From the NCBI GenBank assembly GCA_027061995.1, contig JAMOUT010000075.1, positions 92 through 64,091 of the forward strand: a stretch of 64,000 nucleotides of DNA. Reading direction: 5' to 3'. The position numbers were made by a program, and so were the translations under genes. The notes beneath the pieces were generated by a model. The model was not told where the DNA came from, did not search any database, and worked only from the letters and a program-made list of their open reading frames with translations. This DNA is from Candidatus Aminicenantes bacterium. GTDB lineage: Bacteria; Acidobacteriota; Aminicenantia; JAMOAD01. Positions 38,107 to 47,916 of this stretch are shown here, one piece after another (position 1 is the stretch's first letter; every line of letters begins with the position of its first letter).

Positions 38107-39423
38107 CTATCTCTCCAGAACCTCTATCTCCATATAAACATTATCATAATAATCAACACACTTGTTATTATTATGAGAAAAGCTCTCATCCACTCCGGTG
38201 AAAATTATTCCGTGATTGAAAGAGGGATTTCTAACCCATTTTCTAACCAAAGACGATAAATTTCCCTGTGGATTTTCAATAAGCTCAATAGAAGCATTAA
38301 ACAGGTTACTAAAAGGTTTTGTGACCCTGTAAATTCTTAAGCCACAATAGTTCCCCTTATAATGATGGTAGTGAAGGGTAGCTTTTGTTATCAAACCTTT
38401 ACCCTTTAGCTTACTTACATCGAAAAAAGCATGGGCACGGTATGCTTCTCCATAATAATTATATGTTATCGAATCTTCTTTATAAGTATTTGCATAACCA
38501 ACCCTTAATTTTCCGTTACCAGGATCATCATATTTAAACCCCAGCACAAAAGGCGCTCCACCAATTATTGATGATTTTTTCTTATTTTTCCAATGATAAG
38601 TGTTCGTTGTTTTCGCATAAATTTTGTATTTATGAGTTTTTATAGAAGCAAAAATATGAAATGGCTTACTATATCCTACAGCACCATCCTTTTTCCTGAC
38701 TATTTTAATCCTATGATCTCCTATATATTTTATAACATTAGCAAACAGTCTCTCAGGAATCTTCCAATCATAAGTCTTAAGTTTTGATTTATCCCCCCAA
38801 CGAGAAAGGCTAATAAAACCTGCTCTAATAACCTTTTCGACCTCTTTTTTATCAAAACTCACAAGATAAATAGCAAATTCTTCTCCAGATTTTCCTTCCC
38901 ACTTAATCGTCATTGTGGAACCTTCCTTCCACTTGCCTCCGGTAGGACTAATAATGTTAATGGTCTTTAATTTGCCGTTTTTACCGGGATTCACCGCATC
39001 AAGAATGGCGCCAATGTTTTTACTATTATCAGGCTTAATTATGCCCGCATATTTTCCAACATTGGATAAAGAGTCAATTTTAAACACTTCTCCATCATCA
39101 TACACAGAATTATCCATTGTCTTAACTCTTACTAAGTATTTACCGCTCGGGATACTATTCGGGATTGTCCATAAAAATGACCCATTGTTGGGAGTAGGTT
39201 TTGCGATAATATAAATAAGAGACTTATGATCAGGTTTATAAAGAGTGATTTTAACCTGTGAATCCATGTTTCCACTCTTACTCCAAACAATCTTATAGGT
39301 ATTGCCTTTAATCCAGGTATTTTGGGAATTAGGCTTTTTGACAGTTATTGTCCCTGAACCTGAATAAGCAAATGCAACAAAAAATAAAATGACCACAACA
39401 AAAATTAAAAGTTTTTTTCTCAT
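38107..39423 (-). CDS. Secreted modular protein, family member 4: signal peptide, 1 divergent Kre9/KNH-like domain, different C-terminal beta-rich region
   Basis: The start is set at ATG 39423 after GAGGAGG. The signal peptide is MRKKLLIFVVVILFFVAFAYSGSG. The domain reads ITVKKPNSQNTWIKGNTYKIVWSKSGNMDSQVKITLYKPDHKSLIYIIAKPTPNNGSFLWTIPNSIPSGKYLVRVKT. Confidence 0.75.
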   Translation of the reverse strand: MRKKLLIFVVVILFFVAFAYSGSGTITVKKPNSQNTWIKGNTYKIVWSKSGNMDSQVKITLYKPDHKSLIYIIAKPTPNNGSFLWTIPNSIPSGKYLVRVKTMDNSVYDDGEVFKIDSLSNVGKYAGIIKPDNSKNIGAILDAVNPGKNGKLKTINIISPTGGKWKEGSTMTIKWEGKSGEEFAIYLVSFDKKEVEKVIRAGFISLSRWGDKSKLKTYDWKIPERLFANVIKYIGDHRIKIVRKKDGAVGYSKPFHIFASIKTHKYKIYAKTTNTYHWKNKKKSSIIGGAPFVLGFKYDDPGNGKLRVGYANTYKEDSITYNYYGEAYRAHAFFDVSKLKGKGLITKATLHYHHYKGNYCGLRIYRVTKPFSNLFNASIELIENPQGNLSSLVRKWVRNPSFNHGIIFTGVDESFSHNNNKCVDYYDNVYMEIEVLER

Positions 39424-39455
39424 TATAACCTCCTCTAAAAAAGTAAAAAAGTTTA

Positions 39456-39471
39456 TCAATTTTCATGCCAA
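39456..39471 (-). promoter_or_regulatory. Sigma54-like element (TGGCATgaaaaTTGA)
   Basis: Matches TGGCAYG-N4-TTGM. The gene start lies ~35 bp downstream. Confidence 0.4.
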
Positions 39472-39532
39472 AGTTTAAAACCATTGAATACACCAATATT
39501 TAACAAATAAAAAAAGATTTCTAAAAAATTTT

Positions 39533-39570
39533 GCCGACAATATTGTATGATAAAAAACATTTTTGTCGGG
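39533..39570. promoter_or_regulatory. GCCGACAATATTGTA and ACATTTTTGTCGGG dyads, candidate UAS
   Basis: Same motif class as the other members. Confidence 0.4.
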
Positions 39571-40858
39571 TTTCACTTGTTGAAAACTAAATGATAAATG
39601 TTATTTCGCCTGTTTTTTACACACGCCACCCAGCACTTTCTTTAAACAACCATAATAATTATTCTGCCGCTTCCATATAACTCTTAACCAAAGTTTCATA
39701 AAGATTTCTTTATCAGGAACCAACAGTTAAAACACTTTCATAATTACAATAAAATAATATTAAAACTATGACCATATCTTTCTCTTCAACTGTTTTTTTT
39801 CTTTTTGAATGTATTCAAAAGTTTTTTAGTTTACCTGTCATCTTTATTTTTTACCTTCCCTTTTTTATTTATTAAAAATTGCATAACTTCAAACTTTCAA
39901 CTTTGTTTTTGCACGATTGTTTCTTTCTTTATCTTCCCTAACAGTATGATAAGGGGCTATCTTATCTCAAGCCAAACATCTTTTAAGATATAAATCCACT
40001 CTTTTCTTTCTACAGCGTTAAATTTCCCGAGGGCAATTGATAGGATATTGAGGTATTTTATTCCTTTGGTTTATATAAAGAATTTATGTTTAGTAGGTTC
40101 CAAGACTTTTTCCCTATATTTTTACGCCACCTCATACTTTTTCTTTACTAATTATTAACTTTCGGAGTCATTAACCATACAATGAGATCATGTAGAGTTT
40201 CTCTTGATACAGTCATATCTTTACGCTTGCATTCATCTCCCCGTTTTTTGACCACCTTATGGTATATGAATGAACACTCTTCATACCAAGTATTACACAA
40301 TATCGAAGCTGTTACTATAATACTCTGCAAATGCCCCAGAGAGGATAAACATCATAATAAATAAACATTATAATTTTTTTTCTATCATTTTAGACATACA
40401 AAATTCATGAAATATAGGTTTAATCTTTATGCCATACTATTTATTATTATATTAATGCTTTAAATATTATTTAATAACTATATTTAAACTATTTTTAATA
40501 ATTAATTTGCAAGGTTAGCTAAAAAAAGACAAAAAAATCTATAAATAATTATATTTATACATTGCTGTCCTATAAGATTCAGAGTGTCCAAAAGAGAGTA
40601 ATATCAAGAGTTAACGAAAAAGATAAGTAAGATTTCTTTTTTTACTCTATTAAAAAAGTTAATCAATTTTCATATAATTAGTCCTTTCTAATTATTAGTC
40701 GAGTGTTCTCCTTATGAAAAAATTAAAATTTTGTAATGACGGCGGTTAAACATCTCGGATATACAATTTTCTTTTGAAAATATAGCAGAATCAACAATCG
40801 TTTTTTTGTCCAAAAAAATCCTTTCATTTTTCCTTTCTTTTATATTATTAAAATTTTT

Positions 40859-42304
40859 TTAATTAGAGCATTTTTTCTTTCCTGTATTATGAACAGGTGC
40901 TCCCACACCTACAACTTTTATATAAGTTTTAACTAAATTGTTCCCAATAGAACGCTCCGCACAATCACTGTTAATCGGGCAAACTACATAAACAGCAACT
41001 TTTCTTACCCCCGATAAAAACCATCTGTTCTCTACAGTATAGGATCTATGACCTCCCGGAGAGATTTTTGGTAAACTAAAAATTTTGGGAGGGTCCGGAG
41101 GGAGAGTGGGATCATGCACTATATTCTTTATCAAAATCTGTAAATTACATCTACTGCAGGAATTTTGATCTCCGATGTTTTTTACATCAACATTTAATAT
41201 TACTTTTTTACCGGGAGCCACCTCTTTTTTATCATCCACACAAACAATAAGATCAGGAAGACCTTTTGTAAAAATTGTCTTTATAATTTTATTATTATCA
41301 TACCTCTTTTCTCGAACTCCTCTGCTCTCATTAACAGTATAAGTAAAAATGTATCTACCCTTCTTCTTAAAATAAAAATCAGCTTTCCAATTAACACTTC
41401 CACCTCGAGAAATATTAGAAAAGATATGTTTTATCACTTTTGTATAATTTTCAGGTCCATTAACAACAAGTTTTGTTTCAACATTATTCACACCCTTTAA
41501 ACCCATATTCCCCACTTTAACTTTAAACTCAGTTTTATTAACAGTTCCTCCGACAGGTGCAAGAGAGGCCTCCCGAATATAAAGATCGGGTAGAGATATA
41601 ATTTCTGTAGCCGGGTTGTTCCCAATGATAATATTGTCAAGAAGATTATCAATATAAAAAAGTTTGCTCTCTGTTGAAATTCCCCCTCCTATAGTTTTTA
41701 TTTTAATTAAATATTTTCCATTATCCAAAACTGACGGAATCCTCCACATATAAAAATTTTCCCCGAGATTATTTTCACAAGATGAGACAACATCCATAAC
41801 AAAGGATACGCCATGTCCAGCTTGCTTATAAAGCTTAATTTTCACCTGTGAAGACATATCCCCTTCCCTTTTCCATCTTATTTTATAAGTTCTGTTCTTT
41901 CTTAATTTTTCTCCACTTAAAGGGAAAATCATGGTTAGCTTAGGTTGAATAACCGATTCAGAGATTGTAAAATTATCGGAATCATCATAAACCTGATTAT
42001 CAATTGTCTTTACCCTGACAATATACTGACCGTTAGGAATGGAATTAGGAATTGTCCATGAGAAGGAACCATCATTAGCGGTCGGCCTAACTATTATCAT
42101 TTGTAATGTCGTATGATCGGGTTTATACAGCGTAATTTTAACATTATTGTCCATACTACCGCTCTTTGTCCATCCGATAGTATATGTGCTTCCCTTGTGC
42201 CATGTCGAGCCCGAGTGGGGATTTGTAACGGTAATGCTTTGGGCATAACTAAAGGCAATCATAAAAACTGCAATTAACAATAACATTAATACTTTTCTTT
42301 TCAC
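40859..42304 (-). CDS. Secreted modular protein, family member 5: signal peptide, 1 canonical plus 1 divergent Kre9/KNH-like domain, 2 CARDB-like domains, Cys-rich C-terminus
   Basis: The 5' ~350 nt are identical to member 3. LPDLYIREASLAPVGG...KVKVGNMG and LPDLIVCVDDKKEVAPGKKVILNVDVKNIGD are CARDB-like. Confidence 0.8.
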   Translation of the reverse strand: MKRKVLMLLLIAVFMIAFSYAQSITVTNPHSGSTWHKGSTYTIGWTKSGSMDNNVKITLYKPDHTTLQMIIVRPTANDGSFSWTIPNSIPNGQYIVRVKTIDNQVYDDSDNFTISESVIQPKLTMIFPLSGEKLRKNRTYKIRWKREGDMSSQVKIKLYKQAGHGVSFVMDVVSSCENNLGENFYMWRIPSVLDNGKYLIKIKTIGGGISTESKLFYIDNLLDNIIIGNNPATEIISLPDLYIREASLAPVGGTVNKTEFKVKVGNMGLKGVNNVETKLVVNGPENYTKVIKHIFSNISRGGSVNWKADFYFKKKGRYIFTYTVNESRGVREKRYDNNKIIKTIFTKGLPDLIVCVDDKKEVAPGKKVILNVDVKNIGDQNSCSRCNLQILIKNIVHDPTLPPDPPKIFSLPKISPGGHRSYTVENRWFLSGVRKVAVYVVCPINSDCAERSIGNNLVKTYIKVVGVGAPVHNTGKKKCSN

Positions 42305-42339
42305 TCTTAATTCCTCCTTTAATTTTAATAAAAAAAATA

Positions 42340-42355
42340 TTCAATTTTTATGCCA
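42340..42355 (-). promoter_or_regulatory. Sigma54-like element (TGGCATaaaaaTTGA)
   Basis: Identical context to member 3. Confidence 0.4.
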
Positions 42356-42430
42356 AAATGTTTTATTTGTTAAAAATATCATAAAATATTAAATAACATT
42401 AAAAACAATTTTTTTGGTAACAAGTAAAAT

Positions 42431-42448
42431 ACAACAATTTTGTCGATT
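42431..42448. promoter_or_regulatory. ACAACAATTTTGTCG dyad, candidate UAS
   Basis: Same motif class. Confidence 0.35.
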
Positions 42449-42612
42449 CAAATACAATTACAATAAGTGGCCTTCATGTAGAACAATCACGGTTTTCAAC
42501 CAAAATATCTTTTTGTTAAAATTAATATAAGTATTTAGTAATAGAAAAGCGTTCATTGCTAAAATTATAATATAAAATAAAAGATAAAAACATCCCTGAA
42601 TAACAAGTTTAT

Positions 42613-43869
42613 CTATTTCAATTTGAACACATGGATAATGGGTTTATCCTTATCAACATAAGGTTCCGCAATATAAAGATATCCCCTATCTCTATCAAAA
42701 GCAACAGCTCCCAAATGATCTTTTTGCTGATTGGAATTTATATGAAAAAGATATTTATCTATGTTCAAACTTGTGTATGGCTGAGGTTCATAAGGTTTAG
42801 ACCTTCCTTCTATGACCTTTTTAAAATCATCGGGATCATAAAACAGGATAATGCCGTCAAGATAGGTTGACCACCAACCTCTATTATCACATTCAAGACA
42901 GGGTCCATCCTGATTCCCGTACCAGCACTCACCTCTCCCCTTTGTTCCAACAAAAACAACGGCAGCTTTATCTCCCTTGGTCAACCATACGGCTCCCTGC
43001 CATTCATCCGAATTATGATAATTTTTCATCTTGTGTTGAGTTTGATCAAGATCCTCTGTTGAAGTATATTTTAAAAGAGTTTTAAAATTGAGTTTTGTCC
43101 CGTTTGAGGGGGGATTACCCTGTTTCCAGGGGGCGACGGCAAAGAGAGAAGGTCCTTGTCCCGACCACCCTCCGTCTCTGAATCTTCCTGTGGCAAGCTG
43201 ATAACCATCTATATATTCATCAGCCCAATTTTTCGGAATTTCAAACATATAATCATTAGTGCAATATTCATGATGAGGTGTATCAATATACCAATTACCC
43301 GCTTTTTTTGGATTTGATAAATCAAGTTCACACCGGCCGTGAGTTAGATCGGAAGGTTCCTGATAATGTTGTCCGATACAGAAATAGAGTTTTGCCGAAT
43401 TTTGATTTTCCTGCTTGGGAAGATATGTAATGCCCACTCTCGGAATCTCATAATTTGAGATATTAAGGATATCCTTGAATTTCTGTATTGTTTTTGCTCT
43501 CGGTAATTCGGAAAGAACCTTATTTTTTGAAATAACGGGTTTTGGAATACTTATTTCCGATATTCTATATTCCCAAGCATGTCCTGTTCCATAAAGGGAA
43601 CCCGGGTATCCGTCATTTTCTCCGTTTTTATCCCCTTCGGGACAATAAGTAAGAGCAAATCCTCCCCATTCCCAACTGTTAACTATCTCTCCTGTTCCAT
43701 CAGGCAATCTGAATGCTCCCATATACTCCAAATCGGAAGGTTGTATCAGTTGAGTGGGGATAGGGATGTTACTATTATTCGTATCTTCATCATTACCATT
43801 TTCAGTAGCTTTATTGCAATTGAACGCTAATAAAATTAAAAACAAAAATAATATAAAATATTTTTTCAT
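42613..43869 (-). CDS. Secreted hypothetical protein (signal peptide; unrelated to the family) embedded in the array
   Basis: MKKYFILFLFLILLAFNCNK has a signal peptide with a non-canonical lipobox. No Kre9-like domain is present. It starts 13 bp after the upstream terminator. Confidence 0.5.
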   Translation of the reverse strand: MKKYFILFLFLILLAFNCNKATENGNDEDTNNSNIPIPTQLIQPSDLEYMGAFRLPDGTGEIVNSWEWGGFALTYCPEGDKNGENDGYPGSLYGTGHAWEYRISEISIPKPVISKNKVLSELPRAKTIQKFKDILNISNYEIPRVGITYLPKQENQNSAKLYFCIGQHYQEPSDLTHGRCELDLSNPKKAGNWYIDTPHHEYCTNDYMFEIPKNWADEYIDGYQLATGRFRDGGWSGQGPSLFAVAPWKQGNPPSNGTKLNFKTLLKYTSTEDLDQTQHKMKNYHNSDEWQGAVWLTKGDKAAVVFVGTKGRGECWYGNQDGPCLECDNRGWWSTYLDGIILFYDPDDFKKVIEGRSKPYEPQPYTSLNIDKYLFHINSNQQKDHLGAVAFDRDRGYLYIAEPYVDKDKPIIHVFKLK

Positions 43870-43881
43870 TTTAAATAACCC

Positions 43882-43910
43882 AAAGCGGGAGAGTTTTACT
43901 CTCCCGCTTT
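43882..43910 (-). terminator. Rho-independent terminator of family member 6 (aaagcgggagag-tttt-actctcccgcttt)
   Basis: A 12-bp GC-rich stem is followed by U-rich sequence on the minus strand. Confidence 0.6.
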
Positions 43911-43928
43911 ATTTATTATATACAGATA

Positions 43929-45353
43929 TCAGAACAAACGAACGCCTACTCTATAGCGATTATTCTCCTTATCAGATTCGCATCTTGTAATTCTACTTGT
44001 GATGGTTATATACATAGTATAGTGTCCCGCTTTTAATCTGGGATGAACAGAATGTTTTTTGCTCGGGTGACCGAATATTTTATTAAAGCTTATCACTTTT
44101 TCTTCATTACGATCAAACTTGAATGGCCCATAAGTTCCATTGGCACCTTCTATTTCTTGAAAACCACCCTTATAAAGTTCCCATTTTACAAATACATTAT
44201 ACAAAGATGAATAACCGGAACCTCCTGCTTTGGCATGAATTTTAAATTTCACTCGCCAGCGATGGGAAGGTCTTCCGTAAACTTTTTTAATTTTAAAATC
44301 ACTTATTCTGGTAATCATCAAATCTGCATCAGTTACATATATTTTCTTAATTAGTTTATTGTTTCTTTCATCTGTTTCAGTAATTTCGTTCTCAGGATCA
44401 ACTTGTATATAAACGCTTGTTCCGCAAAGATTAACGCCTTCCAAATCCGAGCGATGAACAAGGCATATGTTAAGTTGACTGTTAGCGTTTAATCGGATAT
44501 TATCCTTATTTATATTAAAACGCCTCATAGGCTGATTGTCGGGAATAACTAAAACGCGATACTTAAAAGGTCCATTATAAGCGCTATAATAATTTTTTAT
44601 ATTAGCTCCGATACATCCGTCAAAAGATCTTGAGAAAAAGATATCTTTCACTTCGAAATCGCGCATAATTCTAAGGTTGTGCCCCAGATAATCTCCAAGG
44701 GTACTGCTTGCTATATTAAAAATTTCGCTATCATCATATACGGCATTATCCATTGTCTTTACCCTTACTACATACTGTCCATTAGGTACACTTGAAGGAA
44801 TACTCCATGAATACGAACCATTATTTGCTGTCGGTCTTACTATTATTGTCTCAAGAGTTTCTCCATCAGTATGGTAAAGCGTTATCTTTACCTGACTATC
44901 CATTGCTCCTGTCTTAGTCCATCTTATCGTATAAGAATGACTGTCTCCTTTATACCATGTTTCTCTACTAGGAGAGGTTACATTTATTGATGCTGCGGGC
45001 GCATTGGCGATAGTAAAAACAGCACTTTCTCCGTAAACGGCATTATCCATAGTTTTTACTCTTACTACATACTGACCTGCATGAACGCTTGTCGGAATAC
45101 TCCATGAATACGAACCATTATTTGCTGTTGGTCTTACTATTATTGTCTCAAGAGTTTCTCTGTCAGTATGGTAAAGAGTTATCTTTACCTGACTATCCAT
45201 TGCTCCTGTCTTAGTCCATCTTATCGTATAAGAATGACTGTCTCCTTTATACCATGTTTCTCCCGAATGTGGGGAAGTTACTGTTATTGTCTGTGAAAAA
45301 CATAGTACCCCCATAATCATTACTACAAAAAACAAAAATAATTTTTTCTTCAT
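43929..45353 (-). CDS. Secreted modular protein, family member 6: signal peptide, 2x Kre9/KNH-like domains (divergent subtype), variable C-terminus
   Basis: The signal peptide is MKKKLFLFFVVMIMGVLCFSQT. The repeats read ITVTSPHSGETWYKGDSHSYTIRWTKTGAMDSQVKITLYHTD.ETLETIIVRPTANNGSYSWSIP.SV..GQYVVRVKT. Confidence 0.8.
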   Translation of the reverse strand: MKKKLFLFFVVMIMGVLCFSQTITVTSPHSGETWYKGDSHSYTIRWTKTGAMDSQVKITLYHTDRETLETIIVRPTANNGSYSWSIPTSVHAGQYVVRVKTMDNAVYGESAVFTIANAPAASINVTSPSRETWYKGDSHSYTIRWTKTGAMDSQVKITLYHTDGETLETIIVRPTANNGSYSWSIPSSVPNGQYVVRVKTMDNAVYDDSEIFNIASSTLGDYLGHNLRIMRDFEVKDIFFSRSFDGCIGANIKNYYSAYNGPFKYRVLVIPDNQPMRRFNINKDNIRLNANSQLNICLVHRSDLEGVNLCGTSVYIQVDPENEITETDERNNKLIKKIYVTDADLMITRISDFKIKKVYGRPSHRWRVKFKIHAKAGGSGYSSLYNVFVKWELYKGGFQEIEGANGTYGPFKFDRNEEKVISFNKIFGHPSKKHSVHPRLKAGHYTMYITITSRITRCESDKENNRYRVGVRLF

Positions 45354-45392
45354 GATCTTTTACCTCCTTTATTTGTTAATATAATAACCTTA

Positions 45393-45407
45393 TCAAATTC
45401 TATGCCA
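45393..45407 (-). promoter_or_regulatory. Sigma54-like element (TGGCATagaatTTGA)
   Basis: Conserved motif and spacing. Confidence 0.4.
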
Positions 45408-45480
45408 CAATCTCTTTTGCGATAAAAAAGCTTAATTCTATTCTTTCTTCAGGAAAACAACTTTTTCATTTTTTTATAAT

Positions 45481-45517
45481 TTCGACATTATTGTTATATT
45501 AACAACGAAATTGTTAA
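45481..45517. promoter_or_regulatory. TTCGACATTATTGTT / AACAACGAAATTGTT degenerate dyads, candidate UAS
   Basis: Degenerate version of the GACA-N4-TGTC site. Confidence 0.3.
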
Positions 45518-46288
45518 GCTTTTCAATTAAATTCTTTTATTTCGAAACAGTACTATAAGCTTATAATCAGAGTTATCAATTTTATTCTATATAAATCTGT
45601 TGAAAGAGAAAAAGCGACACCTCATATATATTCACTTATATTAATTATTCCTTTAGTATTAGTTAGCAAAACTTTAACTCCCTTATAGTCGAACAATTTT
45701 AACCGGAGTAATCTTATCTTCCCTTTTTTATCAATCTTAGGGATATTGTTTTCCTGCTTTTTACTCAAAAAAATATTATTCTTTATTATTAGTCGGTAAT
45801 TTAGTTATACAATTAACAAAACGGTCAAATCCTTTTAAATATTCTTTATTATATTAAAGGGTGTTACATATAAATTTTTTAACATGGTTAATTATTGCAG
45901 GCTCACAATGATTTTAAAAAACTGTGATAAAAATACAAATATTTTTGAGCCTACTTAAATATATTTTTTTTAAACATTAAAATTAACTATAATTCAATCT
46001 TAATTGTATTAACTGCGGGAGCAAAACGAATTTTACTTTCCAAAACCCCTGTTTTAGCAATTACAATAAGTTTAGGACATACTCTTTTATGGATACCGAA
46101 AAATAATTTTTATGTGCTTAATTTAATTTCCCCTTTACAAATATTAGCACAATGATTTGATTTGTCTGTTTCCAATCGAATATCTTTTCCCTTTTTATCT
46201 TTACTCTTATTTTTTATTTTTTACCGCATTTTCTTCTCTTTCTCATTCTTTAAACATTATTAAAAACAAACTATTTCACTTCCCCTTA

Positions 46289-47317
46289 TTAATTATCAGA
46301 ACCTGAGTTAAATTTTGTTTTATTTATAATTGTTTTCTTTGTCTTTATCTTTTTTAAAGGAGATACCGATAGCTTTGTAATAGTAAAAACTCCGCTATCA
46401 TCAGAATATTTACCATCCTTTGTTCTTATCCTGATAAAATATTTACCCGAGGGAATAGTTGCGGGAATCTTCCACTTATAATCTTTTGCACTGGTTGGAT
46501 ATCGTCTTGTTATAATAGTTTGCAATTTTTTATTATCCGCTCTGTAAAGAGAAAGCTCAATGTAAGGATCAAGCTTTGACAATGACATTGTAAACCATCC
46601 GATATCATATTTCAGACCTTGATACCATTTAAAGCCTTTTTCAGGGGTTTGTAATTTTAAGGTAGGTGGAATATCAAGTATATAAAAAACATCACTGAAA
46701 GCAGAGACTCTCCCATCCGTGGTTATTACTTTAACAACATACTGTCCTTCAGGTATTGAAGAAGAAATATTCCATCTATAATTACCACTGTTCCGCACTC
46801 TTCTTGCAATTTCGGTTTGTAAAGTTCTTTTATCAGGCTTAAATAAAAATATGTTCACATATCTGTCCATGGAAAACAAACGCATCCAGGCTATGTCAAG
46901 CACATCCAATCCTTTATAAAATTTTTGATTTTTATAAGGAGCTTGAATAGCTATGGCAGGTGCAGGCTCTTTAACAGTAAAGTATCCGCTGTTCCCTGAA
47001 ACAGCAGTATTAGTCCCTACTATTTTTATATAATAGGAGCCCGGTTTTAAATTTGTCGGAACTAACCATTTGTAATTTCCATTATTAAAAACATTATTTC
47101 CTATGTCCAGCACTTTCCCTTGTTTATCACACAAATAGATATTAATATGAGAAATAATGTGTTTTTTAATTGTCATTTTCCATTTTACCGGAACATATGA
47201 TTCCCAAGTCCAAACACTTCCTGATTTGGGAGAAACCACATTAATTCTACCCGCAGAATAGAGCACACTTCCTAACACAAAGAGGACCAACAAACTTACA
47301 AAAATTTTTTTGTTCAT
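46289..47317 (-). CDS. Secreted modular protein, family member 7: signal peptide plus 3 divergent Kre9/KNH-like domains, short basic C-terminus
   Basis: The signal peptide is MNKKIFVSLLVLFVLGSVLYSAG. Three repeats follow the pattern W..G..Y.I.W......YV.I.L....K.LQT.I.RR......Y.W.I....P.G.Y.V.V.T.DG. Confidence 0.7.
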   Translation of the reverse strand: MNKKIFVSLLVLFVLGSVLYSAGRINVVSPKSGSVWTWESYVPVKWKMTIKKHIISHINIYLCDKQGKVLDIGNNVFNNGNYKWLVPTNLKPGSYYIKIVGTNTAVSGNSGYFTVKEPAPAIAIQAPYKNQKFYKGLDVLDIAWMRLFSMDRYVNIFLFKPDKRTLQTEIARRVRNSGNYRWNISSSIPEGQYVVKVITTDGRVSAFSDVFYILDIPPTLKLQTPEKGFKWYQGLKYDIGWFTMSLSKLDPYIELSLYRADNKKLQTIITRRYPTSAKDYKWKIPATIPSGKYFIRIRTKDGKYSDDSGVFTITKLSVSPLKKIKTKKTIINKTKFNSGSDN

Positions 47318-47340
47318 TTTAACCTCCTAATAAAAAGCTA

Positions 47341-47356
47341 TCAAATACCATGCCAA
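47341..47356 (-). promoter_or_regulatory. Sigma54-like element (TGGCATggtatTTGA)
   Basis: Conserved motif ~25 bp upstream of the start codon. Confidence 0.4.
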
Positions 47357-47444
47357 AAAAAGATACCTCTCCATAAATAAATTTATTGTTTTTACTATTA
47401 CTTTCTTTCAGGGCAATCTTTACCTCAAGTATCTATCGCCATTT

Positions 47445-47475
47445 ATGTCGATATGCATACATTTTTGTCAATTTT
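47445..47475. promoter_or_regulatory. ATGTCGATAT / CATTTTTGTCAA partial dyads, candidate UAS
   Basis: Weaker version of the site. Confidence 0.25.
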
Positions 47476-47689
47476 AAAAGTTCAATTACTTCTTAACTGA
47501 TTTTCAAAATATTCTTAATTTCCTGTCCACACTTTAAGAAAATGCGTCTTTTGGATTATATAAATTTAAAAAAAGAAAATTAATCTATGGCTTGCTGCTA
47601 CTACCATTAAGTTTTTTATTTTTAAAATATTGGATTTATTGCTTTCTCTTGCACTATTATAAAGGTAAACTTTCATTTAAATTCATACA

Positions 47690-47880
47690 TCTTTCAGTGA
47701 ATGGAACCATGGAGTTCTCTTACAAAATGAATCTTTCCAGACCCCGGAAGGAGTAAGTATATCATGGTGAGTCATTCCTTTTGTCCGTATATAGAATCTT
47801 AATTTTGCAGCATCGGATATTTTTGTTCCTATATTTCTAATTCCCACAAAAATATTACTTCTAAAAAAGGTTCCTATACT
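47690..47880 (-). pseudogene. Decayed remnant of a further family member (CARDB-like fragment ...VGIRNIGTKISDAAKLRFYI...) retaining its own promoter/UAS
   Basis: The minus-strand translation gives a CARDB-like NIGxxxxxAxxxxxxFY segment before stop codons. The conserved promoter motif lies at 47901-47916 and a perfect palindrome at 47984-47999, with no intact ORF. Confidence 0.4.
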
Positions 47881-47900
47881 TTCTTAAATTAAATTTGTTT

Positions 47901-47916
47901 TCAAAATATCATGCCA
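47901..47916 (-). promoter_or_regulatory. Orphan sigma54-like element (TGGCATgatatTTTG) upstream of the remnant
   Basis: Same motif as the other members, with no intact downstream gene. Confidence 0.35.

Noticed and set aside
37990-38259. Plus-strand ORF (89 aa) spanning the terminator and 3' end of family member 4
   Set aside because: It overlaps a strong bidirectional terminator hairpin and the antisense of a confident gene. The sequence is low-complexity, so it is likely spurious.
40148-40364. Pair of 60-aa ORFs on opposite strands in the long spacer
   Set aside because: There is no RBS, no homology signal and mutually exclusive overlap. The region was kept only as an unexplained non-coding spacer in the findings.
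33829-47916. Interpreting the conserved upstream element as a sigma70 -35/-10 promoter (TTGAAT ... )
   Set aside because: TTGAAT is present in some copies, but no acceptable -10 hexamer lies at 16-19 bp spacing. The TGGCAY-N5-TTGM arrangement with fixed GG-N10-G spacing fits a -24/-12 promoter better. This remains a hypothesis.
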